Part shown: positions 1 to 15,280 of the stretch, in pieces
How positions within the stretch are numbered: position 1 is the first letter of the stretch
Layout: each line of letters starts with the position of its first letter
NCBI RefSeq assembly: GCF_009914755.1
Contig: NC_060930.1
From: the human T2T-CHM13v2.0 reference genome, Homo sapiens
DNA: 64,000 nucleotides
Direction: 5' to 3' (one strand)
Made by a program: the position numbers and the translations under genes
Notes under the pieces: generated by a model
Databases searched by the model: none
Seen by the model: the letters and a program-made list of their open reading frames with translations, nothing else
Told to the model about the DNA's origin: nothing

Positions 1-347
<347 letters not shown>

Positions 348-355
348 CAAACTCG

Positions 356-367
356 GTTTCTTTCTTT

Positions 368-411
<44 letters not shown>

Positions 412-422
412 TTCTTTTCTTT

Positions 423-458
<36 letters not shown>

Positions 459-494
459 TTCTTTTCTTTCTTTCTTTCTTTCTTTCTTTTCTTT

Positions 495-538
<44 letters not shown>

Positions 539-632
539 TTCTTTCCCTTCCTTCCTTCCTCCCTTCCTCCCTTCCTTTCCTTCTTTTTCTTTCTTTTCTT
601 TCTTTCTCTCCCTTCCTTCCTTTCCCTTTTTT
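356..632. repeat. Long compound (TTTC)n/(TTCC)n microsatellite
   Basis: Direct inspection; explains the F/S/L- and K/E/R-rich ORFs. Confidence 0.97.
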
Positions 633-672
633 ACTTCATTCATTTCCCCCCCCTTTGGAGCTAGAAACTTAA

Positions 673-711
673 GTGTGTGTGTGTGTGTGTGTGTCTGAGA
701 GAGAGAGAGAG
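673..711. repeat. (TG)n(AG)n compound dinucleotide repeat
   Basis: Direct inspection. Confidence 0.95.
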
Positions 712-741
712 TGAAATCTGTTGGTTTTAAATGTCAGCAAC

Positions 742-1223
742 TGTGTCAGAGACTACTCGCCATCTATCAAAATATATTCTCCTCTTCTTGGTCACACAGC
801 TATCAAATACTTCCTCCTCTTCTTCTCGAGCACACAACTAGACCACATTTTGCAAGCTCCTCTGCATTTAGTTAGGGCCGCATGACTAGGTTCCAGCCAA
901 TGGCAAGTGTGTAGAAGTGATTAATGTGTTCTATTTCCAGGCCTAGAGTATGAAACCTCATGTGCTCTTTTCCCCTTCCACTGCCTGAGATGTTGATGAT
1001 CAGGTGTTCCATGTATCCATGTAAGGCACAAATTGAGGATGATAGAGTTGCCTTCACCACAGGTCCCTGGAAAACTGCAGGAAGAGAGTCCTCCTGCTAC
1101 CTCCTTACCTGGAACACAGGAACATGCAATCTAGACTGAGTGAAACATCAACTTCAATTGTGGTTTAGCCACATTGTATTTTGAGTCTATTGGTTATACC
1201 TGTTTGGTCTACACTAACTAATA
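742..1223 (+). mobile_element. Old MaLR solo LTR (MLT1-type)
   Basis: MLT1-like blocks: cacattttgcaagctcc, catgactaggttccagccaatg, terminal ctaactaata. Confidence 0.7.
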
Positions 1224-1254
1224 GAGCTACCAACAGCAATTAAAATATTATGCA

Positions 1255-1385
1255 GGTGTTCTCACTTATAATTGAGAGCTAAATGATGAGAACTCATGAG
1301 CACAAGGAAGGGAATAACAGACACTGGGGTCTACTTGAGGGTTGAGGGTGTGAGGAGCGAGAGGAGCAGAAAAAACAGCTATTAC
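1255..1385 (+). mobile_element. L1 3'UTR fragment (older L1PA-type)
   Basis: tgttctcacttata...gagctaaatgatgagaactcatg...acagacactggggtctacttgaggg. Confidence 0.8.
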
Positions 1386-1729
1386 CATCATACTGGCATA
1401 TTACCAGTATGCAGGGCAGGATTCTGTCCTTTGAGCCCATGCCTTGGAAACTGCCTTTAAGGATCTTTTTAGTTTCATTTCTCCATTCAGAAAATGCAGG
1501 GAATTCTTTTATTCTTTTTCTTCCTTCTGAGTCTCTATTTTTGCATAGTCCTTTTTAAAGAAGAAAATGATAAACTAATAGTTGCTTCTTTCTTTCCTTT
1601 TTTCCATTTTACCCTACCCTATTCTATCTTTTTTCTTTATTTTTCCCTAGTCTTTAGCTTTTTATTTTAGTTTTTTCTTTAGCTTTCATTTTTGTGCAGG
1701 TACAAAAATGTGTGTGTGTGTGTCTCTAA

Positions 1730-2165
<436 letters not shown>

Positions 2166-2561
2166 TAAATATTTTCAAATGAATTGACCTACAGGAGAAT
2201 GTTTTCTTAATCTGATGGGGATTGAGAACATAGCAACATTGAGAGGGAAATGAGGTACCTATAATTCATATGCAGACAATTATACAAGGCCTCTCCTGTC
2301 TTCACTTTTCTTCTCTCCCTGTTTGCTTTTCTTTGCAATGTATTAATTTACACTGCTAGAAACTTTTCTCTGACAAATGGTTAAAATGAAATGATATTTT
2401 TCAATAGATGTTTCAATGTAGTTCTTTCTAAAAGGTGCCAGTCTGTCCAAATAGGCCAATTGTCACATCATCCCCCCTTCATGACATTATACATCTTATG
2501 CTAACATTATTGTTTTCCATACACTATCAGGTGACTTTTGGGGGTAGAGAGAATGTCTATG

Positions 2562-2688
2562 GATCAGGCATCATTTTAAATGCTTTCACATATATATAAT
2601 TTATATGTGTATTATATATATAAATATATATATATATATAATCTATATAATAGGATCAATCTCATAGATTTGCTGTAAGTTTATATAA
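2562..2688. repeat. Left arm of ~127-bp imperfect inverted repeat
   Basis: Reverse complement aligns with 3024-3149 (gatcaggcatcatt / aatgatgcctgatc; taataggatcaatctcatagatttg / caaatctatgaggttgatcctatta). Confidence 0.9.
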
Positions 2689-2692
2689 GAAA

Positions 2693-3016
2693 AGAGTCCT
2701 TCTGCTACCTCCATACCTGGAACATAGGAGCATCCTATCTGGACTGAGTGAAACATCAATTTCAATTGTGGTTGAGCCACATTGTAATCTGGACCGAGTG
2801 AAAAACCAACTTCAATTGTGGTTTAGCCACATTGTATTTTGAGTCTGTCGGTTATACCTGTTTAGTCTACACTAACTCATACAGTTATCAACAGCAATTT
2901 AAACCATTATGCAGGTGTTCTCACTTACAAGTGGGAACTAAATGATGAGAACTCATGAACACAAAGAAAGGAAACACAGACACTGGGGTCTCCTTGAGGG
3001 TTGAGGGTGGCAGGAG
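2693..3016 (+). repeat. Direct duplicate of 1085-1357 (MLT1 3' end + spacer + L1 3'UTR fragment), with an internal 50-bp tandem duplication at 2737-2836
   Basis: Colinear match including the MLT1/L1 junction; 9 mismatches in the first 94 aligned bases. Confidence 0.92.
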
Positions 3017-3023
3017 GGAAACT

Positions 3024-3149
3024 TTATATAAACTCAAAACAAATCTATGAGGTTGATCCTATTACTGATATATATATATCACTTTATATATATATAAAAT
3101 ACACAAAGAAATTATATATATATATAAGCATGTATAATGATGCCTGATC
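3024..3149. repeat. Right arm of ~127-bp imperfect inverted repeat
   Basis: Pairs with 2562-2688. Confidence 0.9.
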
Positions 3150-3156
3150 ATAACAC

Positions 3157-3330
3157 ACTCAAAACAAATCTATGAGATTGGTCCTATTATTGTCCCATTT
3201 AATAGATGAAGAAACTGAAGTGGAAAGTGTTTAGGTAAGTTGCTGAAAGTCAGACAGCTAGTAAGCTGAAGAGCTGAGATTCAAACCCAGGCAAGTAGGC
3301 TCCAGTCTGACTCCAGAGCCCTCTCTCACA
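3157..3330 (-). mobile_element. MIR
   Basis: MIR core antisense: tattattgtcccatttaatagatgaagaaactgaag...gattcaaacccaggc. Confidence 0.85.
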
Positions 3331-3407
3331 GCCCCTTTGGAGAAATGTCATTTCCAAAGTCCCACCACTTCCTAGTGGAGAACTCAATGTTTTAAGAGTT
3401 ATAGTAG

Positions 3408-3991
<584 letters not shown>

Positions 3992-4202
3992 AAACATTTT
4001 CTCTGTACATCCAACTGCCTTCCTATGTTAGGCATCTACATCATATAAAAACTTTAAAACGTATCTAATTAGAACCTTCCACAGAGCCTAACTTCCTGAG
4101 ATACCCTTATTTTTGGCAGATATCTCCTACAAAACAAACTATTGAAGTACTAATCTAATATTTGGGTTCTCTAGATGTAATAGTTTCTAATTTCAGAATG
4201 AT

Positions 4203-4258
<56 letters not shown>

Positions 4259-4290
4259 TCATTCTTTCTTTCTTTCTCTCCTTCCTTCCT
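4203..4290. repeat. (TTTC)n/(TTCC)n tetranucleotide STR
   Basis: Direct inspection. Confidence 0.95.
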
Positions 4291-7001
4291 TCCTTCCTTT
4301 TCTTTCTTTTGAGTATTATGTTGAGATTCATGAAACCCAGGAATGAAGGTCTCAAACTCCTCTCAACACCTAGAATATACTTAGCTTCTCAGAGAAATGT
4401 AAACAGTTTGGTCCCTTGGGAATTATTTTTAAAACACTAGTCATCTTTTGTTTTGAAACTCAGCATTAAAAAGTATGTTTTTGGATTATGAATATTATAT
4501 CGTTCTCCAACGAGGTACAGCAAATGGTAGAAAAAGGAATAAGGTAGCTCCATGAGGGTATTAACCCAATGAAGCGAGGAAGCTCATTAATGAATAATTT
4601 GGAATTGAAATTTGGCCAGAATACTATTCCTCACGTTTCTCCAATACTAAGGTTATGTATTTGTACGCAAAATAGAGAAAGAATTGAGGCAATTATCTAG
4701 ATAGTTTAAGCTACAGACCACTTTCGCTGATAACAACCCACACAATTATAGTCTCTATTGGTTTGGCTGGAATTATTCAGACAGCTGCCTCAATTTTCCC
4801 CTTCACTTTCCATCCATAGAGACGACCCAAAGTAAAAGGACAAACCATAGTTGCAATTGTAAATGCAGAGTTCCACATTTTATTCAAAACATGAAACTTG
4901 TTAAACTAGAGAAGTCATCTCAAGGGAGAGATTGTTCTACAATAACCAGAAATAAATCCCTCAGTCTCTAATTAGAATGACTTACTTGAATCCTAGTTAG
5001 CCTTGACAATGCTCTGTTTTTATTCAACTTTCCAAAGTTCGGCAAAGAAAAATAATTATTAAACACCTACTATGTCAGAAACTATGGCAGTGTATTAATA
5101 GAGTTTATTTTATTTCCTTCTTTTTAGAAACATTGTCTAAGTAGCAGATAACATTCCATTTTGCAGAGAAATGAAACAGGCAAAGTCAAGATTTTTTTAA
5201 ATATAAGAACTTTGCCCAACAGAACACTCTTAGTACGTACTGGAAGAACCAGATAATTCTTTTGATATGAACCTCAGTATTCCATCCACCATGGAGACAC
5301 GGATGATAGAAAAATTTTTAATCGGGGAACTGAAAGGCAGTACCTTTTGAGGTGTTTACTGCTTTTAGCGTAACAATCTCTTTAAAAAATAGAAAATCTC
5401 CTCTAAATTAGTAATATTAAAAATGAACTCTTTTGTTCACTTTTGCCCCTTGATATCTTGCTAGTAAATTAGAATTCTTAATTACTTCTGGAAGTCAATT
5501 AGTTTGGCTCAGCAAGATCCAAGAGGAAAAAAATAAGAAAAGATAATAAAATCATATTTGAGAATACTTACATTCACAAAATCAATTGTATCCAACAGAT
5601 GGTTGTTGTTATTCCCATTTTGCACTAGATACAAGTAAATAATACCATCATGTAGTGAAATGAGTCTAGTTTTTGTATAGACTTTTTGAATCAGAAACTT
5701 AATAAAGGTCTAAACTTAACTTTGAAATGTACTTTGAAATGTATAATTGGCCAAACAATTAAATTAAGCAAGAGTGCATTCAAAGTAAATCCCAACTAAC
5801 ATGGAGATAAGATCCCAAAGTAGTTCTGACATTTACATCTAGAAGTTGGTCTCTCACCAAGCATTGGTTTTGATCTTTAATCAGAGAAGCAGGTCAGGAC
5901 GACTTGGGAAACTTGATCCAATTTCACTGGCCCAGAGCTCATCCTGGTCCTATGGTCTGATTCCTCAAGGATAGGGCCTGGACATACATATTTTGAAAAT
6001 GTTCCATTCCTCTCCCATTCGGATCAATGTGATGACCAAGATGTACTCCAATAAGTAACAGACCCTAATATTTATATTATTGCTAAAACTGAAGCCATTA
6101 TTTTGAGAAGTTGAACTCCAATACTCCGTTGGTTCTTTCTAAGAATGCCATACCAGGCAAGATGTTCTATGTGAACATAATGGAAATTTATTACGGCCAT
6201 GGGGGACAATCATTGCCCATAGTACTTTCAAATGTTTATAGGTAAACATCATGGAAGTTCTGCTTTATGGTACCAAGCTTTGGGTTTCTGGACTCTGGGA
6301 AAAATACCTCATATATACTATAAATTTTATCTTGGATCAAGCTAGATCTTCAGAGGTTGCCTATGTGAACCAGATTGCCTGACTCCTGAAGGATTTTTTT
6401 CGCTGAATTACACTTTAGGTTGTGCCATCAGACACTTGGCTTCTTCTCACAATGACAAAAATCAGTGATTCTGTCAGGTTAGTTCAAGTAATAAACACAA
6501 ACCCGTGTCTTGCAGGAAGAGCAGAACCACAATAGAGTGAGGTTCCAGGGAAACCTGCTATGTCATTCAGAAATTTCCACAGTCCCCATGATCAGCTGTC
6601 TCAAACCTCAGCTCAGCATCAGGGCTTATGGATTACACCATTGCTAGCCCAACAAAATCATCACCTCTGTGTGTCCTTTTCATTTTGTGCCTATGTATTG
6701 TCTCAACTGCCTCTTGGCCTCTGCAACCTAACTTTTCTCCTTGGCCCTTCAGTTCCTGCCCACGCTTCCAAATAATTGCCTCCGCTTTGTACCTATTGTC
6801 TTCAAACACCCTAAAAGAAAACATCCAGTTGTTTTCTCTCAACTTCAGTCATGCTTTCTAAGCAAAGCTTTTTTGTCAGATGGCCTTGTAGGCCACTAGC
6901 AAGTCTGTAAACACCAGTTACTCTTCAGTCAAGTGCCCCTCCCATCCCCAGGCCAATTAGCTGTGGCCATAATGTTTATAATTGGGGCATTTGTTATCTG
7001 C

Positions 7002-7005
<4 letters not shown>

Positions 7006-7045
<40 letters not shown>

Positions 7046-7062
7046 GTGTGTGTGTTTGTGTG
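7006..7062. repeat. (TG)n microsatellite
   Basis: Direct inspection. Confidence 0.95.
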
Positions 7063-7637
7063 TTAGAAGGGGAGCTATAGGGTACAGAGCACAGCTACTT
7101 GTAGGCCAGCCAGCTATGGCTAATTTCCTCTCCTTAGTGATCTGTGGCTATTGTAAGCACTTTAAATTTTAGTTTGTCCTGGTTTGCACTGAGGAATAGT
7201 ACACAAAATATTTATAGAGACTTGTATTGCATTTATTTTAGTTATGTTGTTGAGAATGTACAACTACATCTCACTGAATACAGTTTTCACAGGTCTAAGA
7301 GATAAATTTCTCTTACATCCTGATGCAAATAAAAGCTTTGCTTATCATGAGTTTCTGGTTGGTTTTGCTCTTATGTAAAAGATTAAATTTGTAAATACCC
7401 ATTGGAGCAAATCAGGGTTACATTTGTGGTTCACCTCTGGCAACAATACAGAATTTTGTGGTCGGCGTCTAGAGCTCAGCCTATTCCTACTTTTACTTTA
7501 TTTCATTTTCCTGTTTTGATTTTATTTCACCTATTTATTCTCATTTATTTTATTTTTATATTTTATGATATGTATCTACTTAAGCCACAGCAAATCTTAA
7601 TTTTAGATGAGATAAGATATTAAAAATGACCAAAGCT

Positions 7638-7927
7638 GGCCAGGAGCAGTGGCTCATGCCTGTAATCCCAGCACTTTGGGAGGCCAAGGCGGGTGGATCA
7701 CAAGGTCAGGAGTTTGAGACCAGCCTGGCCAACATAGTGAAACCCCATCTCTACTAAAAATACAAAAACTAGCCAAGCGTGGTGGTGAGTGCCTGTAATC
7801 CCAATTACTCGGGAGGCTGAGGCAGGAGAATAGCTTGAACCCGGGTGGCAGAGGTTGCAGTGAGCCGAGATCAGCCACTGCACTCCAGCCTGGGCGACAG
7901 AGCAAGACTTCATCTCAAAAAAAAAAA
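7638..7927 (+). mobile_element. Alu (AluSg-like)
   Basis: Full dimer; ggatcacaaggtcagg short variant; degenerate TSD gaccaaagct/gacaaaagct. Confidence 0.93.
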
Positions 7928-10147
7928 GACAAAAGCTATAATTATTTATTAACATAATTATTCATTCACTAAACTATATTTTTCAAGAAAAAAGCAGTCA
8001 TAGCATTACACTTGTGTCTATATAATTCATCCCAGTTCTAGTCACAATGAGTACTTATTAAAAATTTGTTGAGTGAATGAATGGTTCAATGATTTTTACC
8101 AAATATTAGAAGATGATAAATTCCACACTGCAGATATTGAGTAAAATATGCATTTGAAAAATAAGATTATTTCAAGAAAACCAGCAAATTTTATTATACA
8201 ATCTTGGTAACAATATTGGTCAGATCTTAAATTCTGATTCATCATAGCTACAATATCTCTTTTCTTTTCATCAAACAACACTACTACAGTCACAAATAGC
8301 ATGAAAGTGAGATTCATTTAGGTTCATAAAGTTTATAAGGACAAAACATGAATTGCATTTTATAATCACTGAAGACCAAAGCCAATACTTTAAAAGCAAA
8401 TTGCAAATTCTTTTAGTAATTGCTGCATTACTATTCATCATTGTAACCTGTCTCTGAATGAAGTTGTATTTTCGTGTTAGTGTCCTTTGAAATATGTGAT
8501 TCCATAAGCATTCCATTGTGATGAAAGCTCTTGTGTCCATCCAAACAGAGAAAACACTGTATCACAAGTTACTCATGGCAAGTTTTTGGCAGCTACTTAA
8601 AGGGGACAAAATAGAGGAATTTAATATAATTCAATCAAAGACAGGGGAATGCACATGAGAGAAAAACAAGGCTGGACAGAATATTAGTAAAGTCAGCATT
8701 ATAACTGAGTGCAATACTTTATGGTATTTAAGAACCAGCTAGAAGGAATGCATTGTATTAGCATGATACAACAGCTAATTCATATGTGTGACTACTAGAT
8801 TTCAAGCAAAAACTTAGCTGTACTAGACATTAGGGTATCTGGCACGAAGATGTCACTTTATGTTTCTGGAAAGATAAACAGCCAATCATGATTTCTTTCA
8901 TAGGTCAGGGAAACCTAGGATGCCATCAGCATTCTACAGCTTGCTCTTGTCTGCATCCTGGACAATTTCAACATGTCACTGGAAATAACATGTTATGCTG
9001 TTCAAAGGCTGCCTGAAGAGGAGAGCAAGCCTTTCCCATTGCACTTCCTCTAAACCATCTCTAAACACCTTCTTAGACTCAAAGATAAAAGCCCTTGACC
9101 TTTTTACGTAAAACTGAAGTGTATGATCATTGGAACTGATAGTCTACGAACCTACCCTGGATGGACTCCCTTCCAGGTCCTGAATGAGAGAAGTGATTTG
9201 ACATCCTCTTGGTTTCAGATTCTTATTCACTACTTTTTAAAATAGAAGCAACATTGAGGGTAAAATCTGGATTCATAAAAGTCTGCATTAATTATATACT
9301 GACTCTGCACTATTAAAACAAAGCCCATTGACAAGCAGCCATCAGATACCTTTCAGAGGAGGGAGTCTTGGCTGTTATTCTTACAGCGTCCCTGAAAGAG
9401 CCCTGATCCTCTCTCTGGCTGCAGCTTTTGTTTCCAGCCCTTCTTTTTTCAATGGTTGTCATGGAATCAACTTATTAGCATATGAAAAGCCATACACAAC
9501 ACTTTTCCCTTTACCCCTCGCTCCCCCACAACCAAAAGCCTGTTGCTAAAGCCTTAGTCCTTAATATTCATGTAAAGGAGGGTGGGGTGTGAGAACAGAA
9601 ATAAAATTGTGAGTGAAAAAACAAAGACGTTTTCAACTTGCATCCTCTCGGGCAAAAATGGCTGATTTTTAAAGAGTTAGAATTTTCTCAGTTTCTGTCT
9701 TTTTACTGAGCTTCCCCAGATTTTGGCAACTGTAGTCTCCTACCCTGTTATAATTGACCTTATTCACCAAAATTGGTTTTAATTGCCTCATCAGTCAGAG
9801 GACAGATATGTGTGCTTCTCAACGTATTATGACAACTTTTGCTTAATTTGGGATTAATTTCAATAATCAATTCTCATGTTTTCTTAAAAATAACTTCTAA
9901 ATTTCTTCAAAATTTTTAGTTCATAAGTGACAGAAAATTCTCTTTTTCTTTAAAGTGATCTTATAGGTTATGTAAACTACAACTCATGAAAAAGAATAGG
10001 CATGTGTTTGGTTTCTGAAGTTGTCTTAGCCCATGTTTATAAGCTACGTTTTGTCTCACCTTGTATATATAGGGTCAAAATAATGCATTGTTTTTCTGTG
10101 TAAAAATAAATCTTGCCAACTCCTCCCAAATACACTTATGTAACTAA

Positions 10148-10393
<246 letters not shown>

Positions 10394-10552
10394 TGAAGCA
10401 CACTATACTCCATATTCTACAGTAATATAGACAAAACCCGTTGTACCACCTGCAAAAATATTCTTGCACAGCATATAAATGTAACACTATCTGGCTTCCA
10501 GGAAATTTCTCAACCTAGTCCCCATCTCAATAACCTTTAATAAACACCTAGT

Positions 10553-10596
10553 ATGATGGTGATGATGATGATGATGGTGATGATGATAATGATGAT
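10553..10596. repeat. (GAT)n trinucleotide repeat
   Basis: Direct inspection. Confidence 0.9.
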
Positions 10597-11070
10597 AGTT
10601 AGCAAATAATTAGAGCCATGTGCTGTTAAGAGCATTAGGTGATTGATAGATCTAATAGTCAGAACATCATAAGAACAAAAGTTGATCACTTCTTCAATTT
10701 GAGGACTTACTACACTCAATTGTGAAAGTTCTTTTATGGAACAAAATTCTAGTGAAATATACTTCTGTCCAAATGTGACCACGTTGGTTTGGATAAGCCA
10801 CCTATATAGTCCACAGATGGTATTAATCAGAATTCCTTCAGTGGTTAGTGGCAAATAACCAATTTAAGTGAATAAGCAAGAAAACAAAGGAGGAGGATAG
10901 TTATTGACTCTGGAAATGAAAATCCAAGGGAGGCACTGGCTTAAAGCATGGCTAAATCTGAGGATAAATGTATAAATGTCAAGTGTCCAATATTTGACCC
11001 TTTTTTTTCCTTCTTCTTTCCCATCTGTCATTCCTTCATCTTTCAGCCCTACTTTTGTAGTTGAGCTCCG

Positions 11071-11254
11071 TTATGCTAGAAAACAATGACGGTTCCCTCT
11101 GAGCAGCCCAAGAAAGTGGCTGAAGGAAGTTCTGGATTTACCTCCCCTTTGATTAGTAACCCTTATGCTAGAAAACAATGACGACTCCCTCTGAGCAGCC
11201 CAAGAAAGTGGCTGAAGGAAGTTCTAGATTTACCTCCCCTTTGTTTAGTAACCC
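11071..11254. repeat. 2 x 92-bp tandem duplication within a probable old MLT1 LTR
   Basis: Units start ttatgctagaaaacaatgac at 11071 and 11163; 4 mismatches. Confidence 0.95.
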
Positions 11255-11667
11255 CATCAGAAAGAGGTCACTCCTTTCTCCTGGTTCCCATGTAGCAAAA
11301 GCAGAGAAAGATTCTAACTCACTTTGTTTGGCTCATAGGCCCAAATTTTAACTGCATCTCCATGACCAGGGAAATATTTGGCCAGTTCTTGTTACTGCCT
11401 ACTTAGATGTTTGGAGGTGCAATGTCTGTTACACAAAGAGGAAGATGAGAAAGCCTTCAGGGGATGATGGATAAAAACAATAGCTACCTATAATCCACTC
11501 CTCCATGTTTACTCCATGGAGGACTTACTACTCAATGTTTGAAATAAAATATAACTCAAGTTAAATCAGGGCTTCTAATAACCAGCTTCTGTAATTACCT
11601 AAACTAATGAGATTAATAGAGGTGTGTCTACTACCTTGAAAAGGAAATAATATTAAAATGTCCTTCA

Positions 11668-12032
<365 letters not shown>

Positions 12033-12755
12033 TTAGAATGAGCCAGTGTTAAGGAGACATAGCAGAGGCTCAACTGTATTGAGAGGAAGCACTTTAAAAA
12101 ATACAAATCAATCAATCAAGACATATTTACTTAGTTCCTACCATGAGATCCACAGTGTGTTTTATGCACAGGGAGAAAAAAGATGAGAGGCCCACTGGCT
12201 ATCAGATGATAGAGGTAACACTATAATTACTCAACACACAGCCTAGAGGGTAAACTGAAAAATAAAATTCCTTCTTATCCACCAGAAAAATCAATAAGAA
12301 AGTGATAAGGCAGAGAGTTAGCCTTTGTCTAACTAATGGAAGCCTCAAGCCTCAGGGATGTCTCCTCCCTACTACCCACCAACATCCCTGGGTTCTTTGA
12401 TATCCTGCAAACCCCTGTAGTAGCAGAAGCAAAGTGTGGGATTTGGGCTTAACTGGGATTGGCATAAGGAATTTCTAAAAAGCCATGAGTGTCTCCTACC
12501 TGCTTGTTACTATTCCACAAGGTGTGAGTTACCATTCCACAAAGTGTGAGACAGATGTCCAAGTGTTCATGTAATTTTTGAAACTATTAGTTCTCTGCAG
12601 CCTCCAAGTTCTTGTGATTCTCACGTACAAAGCATCTTGGAAAAAGGTGCTATGTAAAGGGTGCTTATTACCATCTGAAGGCATCTCATCGCCCTCCCAG
12701 TCACCATGCCAAGAGAAATGAATGGGAGTCATGAATGTGAAAATCTAAAACCCAT

Positions 12756-12915
12756 GGCTGGGTGTGGTGGCTCATACCTGTAATCCCAGCACCTTAGGGG
12801 TCCAAGGTGGGAGGATTGCTTAAGCTCAGGAGTTCGAGACCAGTCTGAACAACATAGTGAGAACTTGTCTCTATTTTTTTTCAAAATAAAAAACTTAAAA
12901 AAAGAAAAAAAAAAA
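12756..12915 (+). mobile_element. Alu left monomer (FLAM-like)
   Basis: Monomer plus A-tail; TSD gaaaatctaaaacc. Confidence 0.88.
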
Positions 12916-14384
12916 GAAAATCTAAAACCTCTCCTTCGTGGGTGAGCCCATAAGTGATTCTGTTACCCACAAAAGGGCCTATGCACACAAAAAGAGCACT
13001 GCTATTTGGAGATTTCTCAGGGCCTTAAAATATTTCTGTAATTTCAATTTACAGCAATCACTTGTCCATCAGGTTGTTCTATATATTGAAACATTTGGAA
13101 GCGTAACCCCTGACAATCAGATACTACTTTAATTACTTTAAAACCACAACATTGGCTTTGAAACTCTTACCAAAAAAAAAAAAAAAGTTTATTCAACAAA
13201 CCTCAAGATGTTCCTGTACTTAGTAGATTAAATCTCACAAAAATATTCGTCATAAACTCAGATTTTTCTTAAATTAAAAAACATCACTAAATACCTCTAA
13301 TTTTCTGTCTCCCATGTGGAATCCCTCTTTTCCAATCAAATGTTCTTTCTTTTGCTTCAAAAATCAGTTTTGAGCACCCCTCTATCAGAAACCTTCCTTG
13401 ATTTACTCCACCCTATCTTGATCCATCTATTACTTAACACTTTATAGAGATTTGCAAGAAACCAATCGGTAATCCACAAATAATTATTGAGTCTCTATTA
13501 CATTCTTAGCACTGCAAAAGTATTGTGGGAAAATCGAAAAAAAGTTTAAGAAAGACATGATCTTTTCCCATATGAAGTTTATAGTCTTTCTCATGAGACA
13601 GTATTTACACAAGTGAAATATTTTAAAACAAGACAATATATGGTAAACATGCTGAACTGTATGGTTCAGATAAAAGTAGAAGTGTTCTGTCTTTTCAGTG
13701 ACCATGATATCACCTCCTGTGCGCTCCCTGTTAGGTTCTGGGGATACTAAGGTTGCTAAAATGCAAAAGTGGCTGTTGTAAGACTCACCATCCAAAGGGA
13801 GAAATAGACACATATACAGATGGTTATAATCAATATGTTGAGTACAAAGACAGAATCTGTGTATTTGGCTCTGAGAGCACAGAGGAAGGGTACCCAACTC
13901 ACAGAGGAAGGGTACTCAACTCAAAAATGTCTCCCTATATTACCAAATGTCTTCTGAGCAACAAAATGGCCCCCAGTTGAGAATAATTGGTCTAGAAACA
14001 TTCAGAAAAGTATTAATGAATGGAGCTTTGCCAGGTTACAAGTACTGTTGGGGCAGGGGAAGTGAGAAATGGCAGAAGTGAGGAACAGTATGACAGCATG
14101 GTGTGTGCAAAATCAATGTGTGCTGCATTGCAGGAGTGTAAAGAGCTAGATTCTCTGCTTCAAATTCTTTTAAAATGATGAAACACCTAAATAGATAAAC
14201 CAACAAATAAATAATCCCCATACATGTTTGCTGAAAAGCAGAAGCAGATTTACCAGGCCTTGAGCATGTTGGAATCTGCTAGGCTTTGAGGACTTTCAGA
14301 GGTGTAACAGGAAAGCCAGGCTGCAGTCAGGAAGCATTCTAAGCAAGCATGTCTGGAAAGTTGCCAGGGGTGTTATATGAAAAG

Positions 14385-14537
14385 GACCTGAAGCTCAAAG
14401 TCTCCAGTAATTTATTGTGTTTCATTTTCTCATGCTAAATAAATATTCACTTTTGTACCTGATTTTGTATTCTTTATCATAAAGAAAACCCCTCAAATTG
14501 TATAAAATTCCATTCCCCAGAACCTGAATCTGCCCTG
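14385..14537. mobile_element. MER53-like DNA transposon remnant
   Basis: ttttgtattcttt...caaattgtataa...cctgaatctgccctg terminus. Confidence 0.55.
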
Positions 14538-15280
14538 CTGAGGAGAGATCCACAATGAATTACTTTGCCAGGAAGGTAGGTCTTGACCTGAGCTTTGAAT
14601 AGAAGGCTCCCCTGCTGAGGAGAGAAAGAAATTGTATTCCAAGTGGGGGAGGTTTGTCTCTCTGGGATGGCTTAAATGCAGACTTTCCCAGAAACAGAGG
14701 TGGACTTAATGACCATGAAAGATCCCACTCCGCCTTGTGATTTTGTGATTTCAAAGTATTATACTTACACGGGTCACAGTGTACCTACAAGCTTATGACC
14801 ACAGATCCTGCATGTTGCAGGTCTTGAGTGTGAGCCATTGCTAAGGGATAGCACAGTTCTAAGTATATGTCATAATATATGTATCAACTTCAGAATGAAA
14901 GAGCCACTTCTTAGTCCCAGAAACAATTGTCATTCAACTAGAGGCTCTGAACTGTTGTTTTCCCCTTTGTGTTTGTATGGATTTAGACTGGGTGATACAT
15001 TTTGAGGGTGGTATTTTTTTTTAATGAGGCTGATAATACAGTTCTCTAAAGTTTTCTGGTTTAGGCCAATGTTTTAGACTAAAGAACTCAGTTTGTGCCA
15101 ACCGGAAGTGCTATGCAAAGCTGTCTGGTAGAGTTGACAGAACTCAGGATTTGGAGTCAAAAGACCTGGGTTTGAGTCCCAGATCTCCCACCTTCTTATA
15201 AGTCACCTGGTACAGGCACATCTTAAAGGATTTCTGGGAGGAGTAACTAGATTAATTTATCAGGCAATGGTAAAGCCAAC

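Noticed and set aside
1389-1411. 8-bp-stem hairpin catactgg/ccagtatg at the end of the L1 fragment
   Set aside because: Too short to distinguish from chance.
11071-11254. CRISPR-like or regularly spaced repeat array
   Set aside because: Only two contiguous units with no spacers; the DNA is human.
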